From Elusimicrobiota bacterium (GTDB lineage: Bacteria > Elusimicrobiota > Elusimicrobia > F11), in assembly GCA_044221725.1 (NCBI GenBank), contig JBGAON010000002.1, positions 160,001 through 224,000 on the forward strand: a stretch of 64,000 nucleotides of DNA, given 5' to 3'. Positions 8,364-17,546 of this stretch are shown one piece after another. Both the position numbers and the translations under genes were made by a program. Each line of letters starts with the position of its first letter. The stretch's first letter is position 1. The notes below the pieces were generated by a model. It ran no database searches. It saw only the letters and a program-made list of their open reading frames with translations, and had not been told where the DNA came from.

Positions 8364-9280
8364 ATATTGCCGAACGACTTCGGCCGCATTTCGCTGTTGA
8401 AATCTGGTCTGTGTTCGAAGCGGTCGCCAAGATTGGAGACCGCCGACGGTTGAATGTGGCACTCGTTGGCGGTGTGATCCGCGATTTGTTGCTCGATCGT
8501 TCCATGGGCGATGCCGACATCATGGCCGAGCATCCTGCGAAGGAATTTGTCGCGGAACTTGCGATGGCGGTGGGGGCTTCCATTGTTTCTCATGAGCGCT
8601 TTTTCACGTTTACAATAACGCTGCCGTCCGGAAAGCATTTCGACATCGTCACCGCGCGGGAGGAGCGTTACGCGGCACCGGCCAAGTTGCCCGACGTGTC
8701 GCCCTCCACGATCGAAAGGGATCTCAAGCGGCGCGACTTCACAATAAATGCGATTGCGTGCCGGCTAAATGCGTCTTCGTTCGGCGAATTGTTGGATCCG
8801 TTTGATGGTCGGACCGACATGGAGCGCAAGGTCTTGCGCGCGCTGCACGAGAAGAGCTTTGTCGACGATCCCACGAGGATTTATCGGGCCGCGCGGTTTG
8901 CAGGGCGTCTCGGCTTTGTTCTTGAGAAAACCACCGAGCAATGGATTCGTGACGCGATCGCTGGGAAATTTCCAGATCTGTTGTCGCCCGTGCGCCGACG
9001 GCATGAGTTTCAAATGATCTTGAAAGAGAAGGATCCTCTTCCAGCGCTTTGGCTGCTTAAAGAATGGAATGCGCTGCGTTTGCTTCACAGTGATTTTGAC
9101 CGGTATGGGGACAAAGGAATACGTTTTGGAGCATCCACCGCGTTGGAGGACCGGCTCCTTGACTGGTTCGCGCCGTTTGGACGCGCGGCGGCCGAAAAGA
9201 TGATGGGCGATTTGCAGTTTGAGAAGGTGATGAAGTCGAAGATCTTGTCAAAACTTGTACAATCCTCGACGAACTCATGA
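8360..9280 (+). CDS. tRNA nucleotidyltransferase (CCA/A-adding, poly(A) polymerase family)
   Basis: VGGVIRDLLL..DADI, DIVTAREE, RRDFTINA, DDPTRIYRAARF motifs; TTG start overlapping the previous stop. Confidence 0.88.
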   Translation: MNIAERLRPHFAVEIWSVFEAVAKIGDRRRLNVALVGGVIRDLLLDRSMGDADIMAEHPAKEFVAELAMAVGASIVSHERFFTFTITLPSGKHFDIVTAREERYAAPAKLPDVSPSTIERDLKRRDFTINAIACRLNASSFGELLDPFDGRTDMERKVLRALHEKSFVDDPTRIYRAARFAGRLGFVLEKTTEQWIRDAIAGKFPDLLSPVRRRHEFQMILKEKDPLPALWLLKEWNALRLLHSDFDRYGDKGIRFGASTALEDRLLDWFAPFGRAAAEKMMGDLQFEKVMKSKILSKLVQSSTNS

Positions 9281-9999
9281 GCTATCAGGTCAAAATCAAT
9301 ATTTTTGAAGGTCCGCTGGACCTTCTTTTGCATCTCATCCAGAAAAACGACCTCGATATTTACGACATTCCTATTTCGGACATCACGCAGGAATACCTGA
9401 ATTACCTCGACATGTTAAAAGATCTCAACTTGTCGGTGGCCGGAGAGTTTCTCGTGATGGCCGCCACGCTGATGCAGATCAAAGCGAAAACGCTTTTACC
9501 GGTGGACCCCACCAATGCCGAGAACGAGGGCCCGGATCCGCGCGCCGAGCTCGTTCAGAAACTCCTCGAATATCAGAAATTTAAAGAGGCGGCGCGTTTC
9601 CTGGCGCGCGGCTTCGAAGAACAGCGCGATGTGTTTTACCGCGGAGCTCCGATTTTTACGAAAGATGATCAAATGCTTGAGCTTTCAATGGGCAAATTGC
9701 TCGAGGCGTTCAAGGGTGTTCTCGAAACGGCCGAGGTCAGTGTTCGCGAGATTCTCGTTGAGGAAATTCCGGTGGAAGTTCGCATCCGCGAGATTTTGGA
9801 TGTTCTCGAATCAAAGTCGTTTGTCGCATTTTCGGAATTGTTTCCGTCCGGCTCACCGCGTAAGACGCTCGTCGTTACATTCCTCGCGCTGCTTGAACTC
9901 ATTCGTCTCAAGCAGGTTAATGTCTCCCAGCCATCGAATTTTGGTGAAATTCACATCAATCGCGTGAAAGACCGTGATTTCGAACTTCTGAAAAACTAG
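9277..9999 (+). CDS. scpA: Segregation and condensation protein A (kleisin)
   Basis: FEGPLDLLLHLI, EFLVMAATL..IK, VVTFLALLEL. Confidence 0.96.
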   Translation: MSYQVKINIFEGPLDLLLHLIQKNDLDIYDIPISDITQEYLNYLDMLKDLNLSVAGEFLVMAATLMQIKAKTLLPVDPTNAENEGPDPRAELVQKLLEYQKFKEAARFLARGFEEQRDVFYRGAPIFTKDDQMLELSMGKLLEAFKGVLETAEVSVREILVEEIPVEVRIREILDVLESKSFVAFSELFPSGSPRKTLVVTFLALLELIRLKQVNVSQPSNFGEIHINRVKDRDFELLKN

Positions 10000-10007
10000 A
10001 GGAATCC

Positions 10008-10700
10008 ATGGAAAAAGAACAAGCAAAAAAGATTATCGAAGCGTTGCTTTACATGGCGGATCACGCGTTGTCGCCCCATGAAATTTCCCAAGTGCTCGAA
10101 CAAAAAAGTTTTACCGAAGACATCGTTCGCGAAATGGTGAACGAAATTGCGCAACAGTACGATGCGAACGGTTCGCCGATTCGAATTGTCGAAGTCGCGG
10201 GCGGGTTTCAGGCGGCAACACGGCCTGACATGGCCCCTTGGATCCGCCGTATGTACAAAGAACGGCTTACGGTTCGGTTGTCTCCATCCTCGCTCGAGAC
10301 ATTGTCGATTATCGCGTACAAACAGCCGATCACGCGTGGTGATGTCGAACAAATCCGTGGCGTTGAAGCCTCTGGCGTGATGGAAACGCTGTTGGAACGC
10401 CGCCTCGTGAAAGTGGTCGGTCGCAAAGAAACGATTGGTCGCCCGCTGTTGTACGGAACCACAATTGAGTTTCTTCGGCACTTTGGTTTGAAGCATCTTT
10501 CCGAACTCCCCGATTTGAACACGATGGTTATTCCGGAATCGATTGCCGGTGAGATTGATCAGCAAGAACTCCCTCTGCCAATCGAGTCGGACGGCGTCGG
10601 TGCGGCGCCCGAAGAAGCGACGGCTGCCACGGCCGTTCTCGAGGCTCCCGCCCCGGATATTGCTTTGCCAGATGCTGAAACAAAGCCGGAATTGAACTGA
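10008..10700 (+). CDS. scpB: SMC-Scp complex subunit ScpB
   Basis: IEALLY, LETLSIIAYKQPITR..IRGV, GRP.LYGTT..FL..FGL..L.ELP; acidic tail. Confidence 0.96.
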   Translation: MEKEQAKKIIEALLYMADHALSPHEISQVLEQKSFTEDIVREMVNEIAQQYDANGSPIRIVEVAGGFQAATRPDMAPWIRRMYKERLTVRLSPSSLETLSIIAYKQPITRGDVEQIRGVEASGVMETLLERRLVKVVGRKETIGRPLLYGTTIEFLRHFGLKHLSELPDLNTMVIPESIAGEIDQQELPLPIESDGVGAAPEEATAATAVLEAPAPDIALPDAETKPELN

Positions 10701-10701
10701 C

Positions 10702-11703
10702 ATGCCAGAACTTCGCCGCGACCCCGTTATTGGTCGTTGGGTCATTATCTCCACGTCTCGCGGAAAACGTCCGAGCAGTTTTGAGCCCGTTCAGGATTAT
10801 CAAGAAGGCGGAACCTGCCCGTTTTGCCCGGGCTCCGAAGACAAAACGCCGCCCGAGATCATGGCGTACTACAACACCGGTCGAGAAAAAAACAAAACGG
10901 GTTGGTGGGTGCGTGTGGTGCCAAACAAATTCCCAGCGCTCGAGATCGAGGGGGATTTGGACCGCGCCGGGGATGGCATGTACGACAAAATGAACGGCAT
11001 GGGCGCTCATGAAGTCATTATCGAAACGCCGAATCACGATCAGCCGATTCATCAGATGGAGTTAAAAAAGCTCGAAGATGTGTTTTGGGCGTTTCGTGAT
11101 CGTATTCTGGATCTGTCGAAAGATCCGCGGCTCGAATACATTCTCGTTTTCAAAAACCATGGCGCGGCTGCCGGCGCAAGCCTCAAGCATCCGCATTCGC
11201 AACTCATGGCGCTTCCCATGGTGCCGATCCGCGTGAAGCAGGAAGCGGCCGGCGCGAAGAGCTACTTCGAGCACAAAGAACGCTGCGTGTATTGCGATGT
11301 GATTCGCCAGGAGTCCGCTCAGCAAATTCGCGTGGTCGCGAAGAACAAGGATTTCATTGCGTTCGCTCCCTTCGCAAGCCGAGCGCCATTCGAAATGTGG
11401 GTTGTTCCACTGCGGCATTCGTCGGATTTTCAAGATATCTTGAAAACAGAAGTGACAGCGCTCGCGGAAATGATGAAACTGGTGCTTGGCAAACATAGCA
11501 TGGTGTTGGACAACCCGCCGTTTAATTACATTCTTCATACGGCGCCGCTGCGTTCCCAGAAACAACCGCACATGCACTGGTATATTGAGATCATCCCGAA
11601 GCTGACGAAGCAAGCGGGTTTTGAGCAAGGCACGGGTTTCTACATTAACCCAATGCCGCCGGAAGAAGCCGCGAAATTTCTCAGAGAAGCAACTCTTTCC
11701 TAA
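10702..11703 (+). CDS. galT: Galactose-1-phosphate uridylyltransferase family (GalT/HIT)
   Basis: MPELRRDP, CPFCPG, RVVPNKFPAL, GAHEVIIE, GASLKHPHSQ active site. Confidence 0.9.
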   Translation: MPELRRDPVIGRWVIISTSRGKRPSSFEPVQDYQEGGTCPFCPGSEDKTPPEIMAYYNTGREKNKTGWWVRVVPNKFPALEIEGDLDRAGDGMYDKMNGMGAHEVIIETPNHDQPIHQMELKKLEDVFWAFRDRILDLSKDPRLEYILVFKNHGAAAGASLKHPHSQLMALPMVPIRVKQEAAGAKSYFEHKERCVYCDVIRQESAQQIRVVAKNKDFIAFAPFASRAPFEMWVVPLRHSSDFQDILKTEVTALAEMMKLVLGKHSMVLDNPPFNYILHTAPLRSQKQPHMHWYIEIIPKLTKQAGFEQGTGFYINPMPPEEAAKFLREATLS

Positions 11704-11712
11704 AATATTTCC

Positions 11713-13161
11713 ATGAAAATTCTCTTCGCGGCGAGTGAAGGGGTTCCTTTTTGTAAGACGGGCGGTTTGGCGGATGTGGTGGGCGCGTTGCCCGATGTTC
11801 TCGCGGCCAAGCGTCACACCGTGCGGTTGTTCTTGCCGCTTTACCGTGATGTGCGGGAACGTTTTCCAAAAATAAAATTTATTGGCCGCACATTAAACCT
11901 GTCTTTTGATGGGCGCACCGAACCGGTTCAAATTTGGCAGGCCGATGTGCGCGCGAATTTCCGCGTCTATTTCGCCGGGTCTGCGACGTTCTTTGACCGG
12001 CCCGGAATTTATGGATCCCACCCCGGTACATCGTATCCGGACAACGACCGACGCTACGCGTTCTTTTCACGTGCGGTATTTGAAATGGCAAAAGCCGTCG
12101 ATTTCAAGCCCGATATTATTCATGCTCACGATTGGCAAACCGGTCTCATGATGGCGCATCAGAAATTTCATTATTCAAGTGACTCGTTCTTCGCTAAGAC
12201 TGCCACGTTATTCACCATTCACAACCTCGCGTATCAAGGGAATTTCCCCGCGCCTTCTTTTCACATGACCGGGTTGCCAGCGCGAGCCTATGAGCCGAAG
12301 GGGCTCGAGTTTTACGGAAAAGTAAGTTTTCTCAAGGCCGGCCTCGTATATTCGGATGCGATTAACACCGTAAGTCCCACCTACGCCAAAGAAATCAGTT
12401 CCGATCCGGTGTTCGGTTGCGGATTGGAAGGTGTGCTTCGCGAGCGCTCGGCCGATTTCCAAGGCATTGTGAACGGTATTGACGTGAAGTTTTGGAATCC
12501 AAAGACGGATCCGAATTTGGCGAGCGCGTTCGATCGCGAGAACGTGGAGCCGCGTTTGCGGTGCAAGCATGACTTGCAACGTCTAGCGGGTTTGAACGAA
12601 GAACCAAACACGCCGCTGTTGGCTTTCATTGGACGACTGGACCACCAAAAAGGAATTGATCTGCTGATCGAAACGCTTCCCGCGGTGCTCAAGAAGGGGG
12701 CTCAATTTGTGAGTCTCGGCCAAGGCAACATTCAATATCAAAAAGATTTGCAGCAGCTTCAACGCATGTATCCAGCGCAGGTGTACGTGAAAACCGATTT
12801 CGCCGAGCCGTTCGCGCACAAAATTTACGCCGGAGCGGACATTTTTCTCATGCCGTCGCGCTTTGAGCCTTGTGGGTTGGGGCAAATGATTGCGATGCGC
12901 TATGGGGCGGTGCCGGTGGTTACACCCACCGGTGGCTTGGTTGATACGGTCATCGATTCAGGAAAATCCCCGTCGGGTACGGGCTTTGTGGCCGCGGATC
13001 TCACGGCCGGAGCTTTTTTGACGGCCATGCGGACAGCGGTTGAAAAATGGGCGAACAAAACCGAGTGGCGCAGTCTCCAACAGCAGGGAATGAGTCAAGA
13101 TTTCTCATGGCGACATTCGGTGAAAGACTATTTGATGCTTTACGAGAGCATCTTGAAGTGA
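11713..13161 (+). CDS. glgA: Glycogen synthase
   Basis: KTGGLADV, HAHDWQ, FTIHNLAYQG, PSRFEPCGL.Q. Confidence 0.95.
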   Translation: MKILFAASEGVPFCKTGGLADVVGALPDVLAAKRHTVRLFLPLYRDVRERFPKIKFIGRTLNLSFDGRTEPVQIWQADVRANFRVYFAGSATFFDRPGIYGSHPGTSYPDNDRRYAFFSRAVFEMAKAVDFKPDIIHAHDWQTGLMMAHQKFHYSSDSFFAKTATLFTIHNLAYQGNFPAPSFHMTGLPARAYEPKGLEFYGKVSFLKAGLVYSDAINTVSPTYAKEISSDPVFGCGLEGVLRERSADFQGIVNGIDVKFWNPKTDPNLASAFDRENVEPRLRCKHDLQRLAGLNEEPNTPLLAFIGRLDHQKGIDLLIETLPAVLKKGAQFVSLGQGNIQYQKDLQQLQRMYPAQVYVKTDFAEPFAHKIYAGADIFLMPSRFEPCGLGQMIAMRYGAVPVVTPTGGLVDTVIDSGKSPSGTGFVAADLTAGAFLTAMRTAVEKWANKTEWRSLQQQGMSQDFSWRHSVKDYLMLYESILK

Positions 13162-14561
13162 GAACCAACAAACTTTTCGTCGCCTCGCATATCGTTCTTC
13201 TTGTTTTATTGGCGAGCGTTTGGCGAAACCTCCAAACCAAAACAACTGCCGAACATCGCGATAGGAGCGTTTCCTGGGCCGCCGATTGGGAAGATGTCAC
13301 CGCCTTTCATGCCTCTCTCGAAACGCTGCCGGTGACCATAATAATGATGTCGACGGAAAGTCGGGAATCGGATGAAAAGCTGGTGCGAGCCGCGGGCCTT
13401 CGTGTTCTTTGGCGACTGGACGATGCCATTCACCCGGACGTTTTTTTAAACCGATTTCACGACGGCGACGGCGTTTTTATTGCGGGGGAGCATGTGCTCG
13501 AACATCCGCAATTGCTTCGAGAGCTGCCATCGCGACTTACCGCATTAAAGGGATTCCTCTCGGTAATGGAATTTGTGCCGAACCGGCTTCTGTCGGTTCT
13601 TGCGCAACAGGTGCCCGCGAGCATGGTCAAAAGTCACACGTTGTCCACTCGAGAAATACTCGTTTCGAATCCATCCTTGTGGAGAGCTCGGTTGGTTCGA
13701 GCCGTCGATGAACGTTGGGTGAGGCTTGTCGTGTTCCGGTTCTGCCCCAATTGGACGGTGGAGGAAAACGTGAAGTTTGTGCGCTCGGTTCAGGAAAACT
13801 TAAGTCGAAAGGGTTTTGCGGTGGCTGCCCCGGTACCGTTTCAGAGTTGGCACACGTCGACCGGCGGCGCTCGTCGACTGATCATTCTGGTTTTTGCGAT
13901 ATTAATTCCGGTTATTTCCATTCAATGGGCCCAACAAACCAAACTTTCGACGATTCCGACTTTTTTATTTGTTTGCTTGGCCAGCGTGTTAATGGGCGCC
14001 GTTGTTCACGGAAGCGGGGCGGTTCCAATGGCAATTCTTGGCGTGCATCCGGCGCGGGGCGTGAAATTGCAACTCGTCGCACCGCTCATGCTCGGGTTGA
14101 TTCTTTTTATTTCAAAGTTCAGCGGGAGAGATTTCCTCGAAACCGAAGTGAAAGTGAAGCATTTGCTCGCGGTCGGTGCGAGCGCGGTTGTTTTGCTGGG
14201 CCTTTATCTTATGCGCAGCGGAAATTTCCCGATGATTCCCGTCACCGGCTCCGAACGCGGCTTTCGAGATTGGCTGGATCATATTTTGTGGGTTCGCCCG
14301 CGGTTTAAAGAAGCTTTTTTCGGTCATCCGCTGTTTCTGCTCGGATTGTGGATTCGCGGAAAAGGCATGCCCGATTTTCTTGTGTCCCTTTTCCTCTGGT
14401 TGGGACTGATCGGACAGGTCTCGATTATTAATACGTTTTCGCATGTCTACGCGCCAATCGAAATGAGTCTTGTTCGAACGTTTCATGGCATGTGGATTGG
14501 TCTGCTGTTGTCAGCGCCTTTGATTCTCCTGGCGACGCGTTTGAACCGAGGCGCCCGGTGA
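13158..14561 (+). CDS. DUF5693-family membrane protein (CsaB-associated)
   Basis: GTG overlapping the glgA stop. C-terminal RGVKL, RPRFKE..GHP, GQVSIINTFSH..P..SL.R motifs; multiple TMs; adjacent to csaB. Confidence 0.75.
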   Translation: MRTNKLFVASHIVLLVLLASVWRNLQTKTTAEHRDRSVSWAADWEDVTAFHASLETLPVTIIMMSTESRESDEKLVRAAGLRVLWRLDDAIHPDVFLNRFHDGDGVFIAGEHVLEHPQLLRELPSRLTALKGFLSVMEFVPNRLLSVLAQQVPASMVKSHTLSTREILVSNPSLWRARLVRAVDERWVRLVVFRFCPNWTVEENVKFVRSVQENLSRKGFAVAAPVPFQSWHTSTGGARRLIILVFAILIPVISIQWAQQTKLSTIPTFLFVCLASVLMGAVVHGSGAVPMAILGVHPARGVKLQLVAPLMLGLILFISKFSGRDFLETEVKVKHLLAVGASAVVLLGLYLMRSGNFPMIPVTGSERGFRDWLDHILWVRPRFKEAFFGHPLFLLGLWIRGKGMPDFLVSLFLWLGLIGQVSIINTFSHVYAPIEMSLVRTFHGMWIGLLLSAPLILLATRLNRGAR

Positions 14562-15592
14562 AGATTTTGATTTCCGGATACTACGGGTTCGGAAACCTCG
14601 GCGACGAATTGATTTTGTCGTCGATCATTCTGCAGTTGCGTGAACGCTATGGTCAGCCAGCGATTACGGTACTTTCTCAAAATCCCGAAGACACAATGTC
14701 CACGCACGGTATTAAAGCGGTTTCGCGGTGGAACCCTTTTGTTGTGATTCGCGAGATCTGGCGGAACGATGTGTTCCTTTTGGGGGGAGGAGGATTGCTG
14801 CAAAATGCGACCTCTTCGCGGTCCCTCCTATATTATATGGCGCTAATTGCGGCCGCTCGGTTGTTGCGGTGTCCGACCGTTTTGTTTGCAATGGGCGTTG
14901 AATCCGTTCACGGCCGACTGATTCGGTGGCTTCTCGGGAAAGTTCTCACGGGTGAGAATATCAAGATCACGGTTCGGGACGATGGTTCGAAAGCGATTCT
15001 GAAACAAGTTGGAATCGATCCTTCCAAGATTCATGTGACGGCGGATCCCGTGTTTGCGCGCCCGGTCAGCGCGACACCAAAAGATCGTTACTCGGTGGGC
15101 GCGTCGGCGCTGCTCATCCCGCGATTTCCGTGCCCCGCTATCGGACGACGCCTTTTTGCGATTGCGGGGCGAATCTTGAAAGACGAAAAGAAAATTCGTG
15201 TGCGTGGACTTTTGTTTCAGCCGCAGATCGAAAAAGATTTTCTTAGGCGTTTTGATGGCGAGTCGATTCTTTCCGAACAAGATTTTTTTGGCGATCTCAC
15301 ATTGGAGGACATGGTCAACCAAATACCGCAACACGATTGGATTATTAGCGCGCGGTTCCATGGACTTGTGTTGGCCGCGTTGGCCGGTAAGCCGTTCATC
15401 GGTGTCGGAGATGCCCATAAAGTCGGACGTATTTGCGATCTTATGCGCATGCCGTTTTTGCCGTGGCACGCTTCCGAAGAGGAAATCGTCGCGGCGATCG
15501 ATCGCCTCGCGCGAAAAAACGGTGATGTGCAGCGCGCGGTGGTCGCTCAGTTGCGTTCCTCCGCGCTTCAAACAACCCTCCACGTCGGATAA
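14558..15592 (+). CDS. csaB: Polysaccharide pyruvyl transferase
   Basis: KILISGYYGFGNLGDELIL, GGGGLLQ..TSSRSLLYY, ITVRD..S, ADP, RFHGLV. Confidence 0.9.
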   Translation: MKILISGYYGFGNLGDELILSSIILQLRERYGQPAITVLSQNPEDTMSTHGIKAVSRWNPFVVIREIWRNDVFLLGGGGLLQNATSSRSLLYYMALIAAARLLRCPTVLFAMGVESVHGRLIRWLLGKVLTGENIKITVRDDGSKAILKQVGIDPSKIHVTADPVFARPVSATPKDRYSVGASALLIPRFPCPAIGRRLFAIAGRILKDEKKIRVRGLLFQPQIEKDFLRRFDGESILSEQDFFGDLTLEDMVNQIPQHDWIISARFHGLVLAALAGKPFIGVGDAHKVGRICDLMRMPFLPWHASEEEIVAAIDRLARKNGDVQRAVVAQLRSSALQTTLHVG

Positions 15593-15612
15593 TCTTGTAA
15601 ACTCCGCCACGC

Positions 15613-16326
15613 GTGACCACACTCGAAGAGGAAATTATTATTCCGTTGCAGCGTCAAATGGCGGCACAATCTCAACCGCGGCCCGCAAAGCCCACGTTCT
15701 GGAACATTTTTTTGTCGATCTCTTTCGGGTTTTTGTTCGGCGTGGTCGTTGGCGGCTTGTTTGTTCTTCGACAAAATTTTCTTGATTCGTGGCGGCAGTC
15801 CGTTGAAAAATTCCAGTGGCTTGTTCTTGCCCAGGGTGATCCGGTCGCTATTGATGAGGTGGGTCGCTATTTAAAAAAGTTGGATGGTGTGTCCGACGTT
15901 CAATTTCTTTCTCCCGAAGCAATGTTGGACCTTGCCAAAGCCGATTCCACGTTGGCCGCCGACCTTTCGTTAATTGAAGGCAATCCGTTTCCGGCCAGCT
16001 GGAGAGTGCATTGGGCTCCGGATCAATTTCGGAACGACCGCCTTCAGCAGGTGCTCGAAGAGGTTCGCGTGTTTCCTGGTGTTGTGGACGTTTCGTCCGA
16101 CCCCGCCGCGTTCGAGCGTGTTCAATATTTTGAAGGTTACGCACGGCGAGCGAAGATGTTTTTCCTGCTTTTTGTGTCCAGTTTTTTGCTTTTTGCGGCC
16201 GCTGGTTTGGGGCGATTTCTGTTTTCGAAAAAATCAAATTTTCAGTCGCGCCTTTTCTTTTTTTTGAGTCTTATCGGTGTTGGTAGCGCGTCGGCCGGTG
16301 CCGCGCTTATTTATTATTTGTGGTGA
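15613..16326 (+). CDS. FtsX-like permease (extracellular domain intact, C-terminal part reduced)
   Basis: TM + ectodomain (GVSDVQFLSPE.ML, NPFPASW, PGVVDV) + 2 TMs; directly upstream of envC-like and ctpA. Confidence 0.7.
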   Translation: MTTLEEEIIIPLQRQMAAQSQPRPAKPTFWNIFLSISFGFLFGVVVGGLFVLRQNFLDSWRQSVEKFQWLVLAQGDPVAIDEVGRYLKKLDGVSDVQFLSPEAMLDLAKADSTLAADLSLIEGNPFPASWRVHWAPDQFRNDRLQQVLEEVRVFPGVVDVSSDPAAFERVQYFEGYARRAKMFFLLFVSSFLLFAAAGLGRFLFSKKSNFQSRLFFFLSLIGVGSASAGAALIYYLW

Positions 16327-17468
16327 TCAAAGTTCGTTCGCTGTTGCTTGTCTGCTGCGTTGTTGTTCCTGCCTGGTCTCAAGATCCAAAAGAAATAACA
16401 CACAAGAGCCGTGACCTCGAAAAAGTGAAAGCCGAGTTAAATCAAAAGAAAGAGGAAAGCGAGCGCCTTAAAAAAGAAGCTCAAGAGTTAAACCAGGCGG
16501 TCATCGATAGCGAAAGCAAAATCAAGAATGTCGAAACGTCTCTTCTGTACACGAAACAGAAAAACTGGGAAGTCGACCAGCAAGTCGCAACCACAAAGAA
16601 TTTGCACGACAAGCTCGCCAATACCGTCGTCCAAGACCGCGCAAATTTCCAATCCTCCGTAAAAACCTATTACGTGGCGTGGGCGCTCACGTCTCCGGAC
16701 ACCGATGCGGCGGTGCTTAAACGTCAAATTCTGCACGGGCAAGCACGCCAACTGCGCTCGAAATTGGGAGAAAAAGAAGTCGCTCATCGCAATCTGCAAA
16801 ATCTGGTCGACACGCAGCAGGTCATACGCGGCGAAGTTCGAAAACAAGAAGGCAAATTGAATTCCATCAAAGCGGGCGTCCAGGACAAGGAGCGCCTAAT
16901 TAATAAGAAGAAGACGCGCCAGGAAATGCTCGAAGCGGAAATGAAGGAGTTGCAACAAACGGCCGAGGAATTGGCCTCTCTTATCGATGTTTTGCGCACA
17001 AAAGCCAAAGACGAGGCGGAATCGCAGAAAGAGGCGCGCCGGCAGAAGCAGCTGACCGGTCAATCGCCGATTCTCGCGCATTCGCTGCCCTGGCCGTTTC
17101 CAGGGAAAGTTACCACGCGTTTTGGTCGCCAATTGAACCCAAAGTCGGGAACGATGTTTGTTTCGAACGGCGTTGTGATTGTCGCCGACGAGTCTCAGCC
17201 CGTGTTGGCTGTGGCCGACGGAAAAGTTTTGTACGCGGGTGAATTTATGAGTTACGGCCCAATGGCGGTCGTCGAACACCCGGGCGATTGGTACACGGTT
17301 TACGGCCAAATGTCCAGCTGGAACGTCGAAAAAGGCCAGGACGTTAAGAAAGGCGAAAAAGTGGGCTCGACACGGCCGCGGGCCGGCGGCGGATACGAAT
17401 CTTATTTCGAATTGCGTTTTTACGGGAAGTCGACCGATCCAATTCCGTGGTTGGCGAAATCCGAATAG
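16320..17468 (+). CDS. EnvC-like murein hydrolase activator (coiled coil + degenerate M23/LytM)
   Basis: Signal peptide, long coiled coil, LPWP..G...RFG, V.AVADG.V; Zn ligands absent (SNGVVI, YGQM, ESYFELR). Confidence 0.85.
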   Translation: MVIKVRSLLLVCCVVVPAWSQDPKEITHKSRDLEKVKAELNQKKEESERLKKEAQELNQAVIDSESKIKNVETSLLYTKQKNWEVDQQVATTKNLHDKLANTVVQDRANFQSSVKTYYVAWALTSPDTDAAVLKRQILHGQARQLRSKLGEKEVAHRNLQNLVDTQQVIRGEVRKQEGKLNSIKAGVQDKERLINKKKTRQEMLEAEMKELQQTAEELASLIDVLRTKAKDEAESQKEARRQKQLTGQSPILAHSLPWPFPGKVTTRFGRQLNPKSGTMFVSNGVVIVADESQPVLAVADGKVLYAGEFMSYGPMAVVEHPGDWYTVYGQMSSWNVEKGQDVKKGEKVGSTRPRAGGGYESYFELRFYGKSTDPIPWLAKSE

Positions 17469-17546
17469 CGTCTTCGCGATGAAAAGACTTGCCGTTTTAA
17501 AATCGGGATGATAAGTAGATGGGAATAAATTAAAGGAGCGCCCCAC

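Noticed and set aside
16320..17468. Active M23 endopeptidase
   Set aside because: The HxxxD and HxH zinc ligands are absent, which fits an EnvC-type activator.
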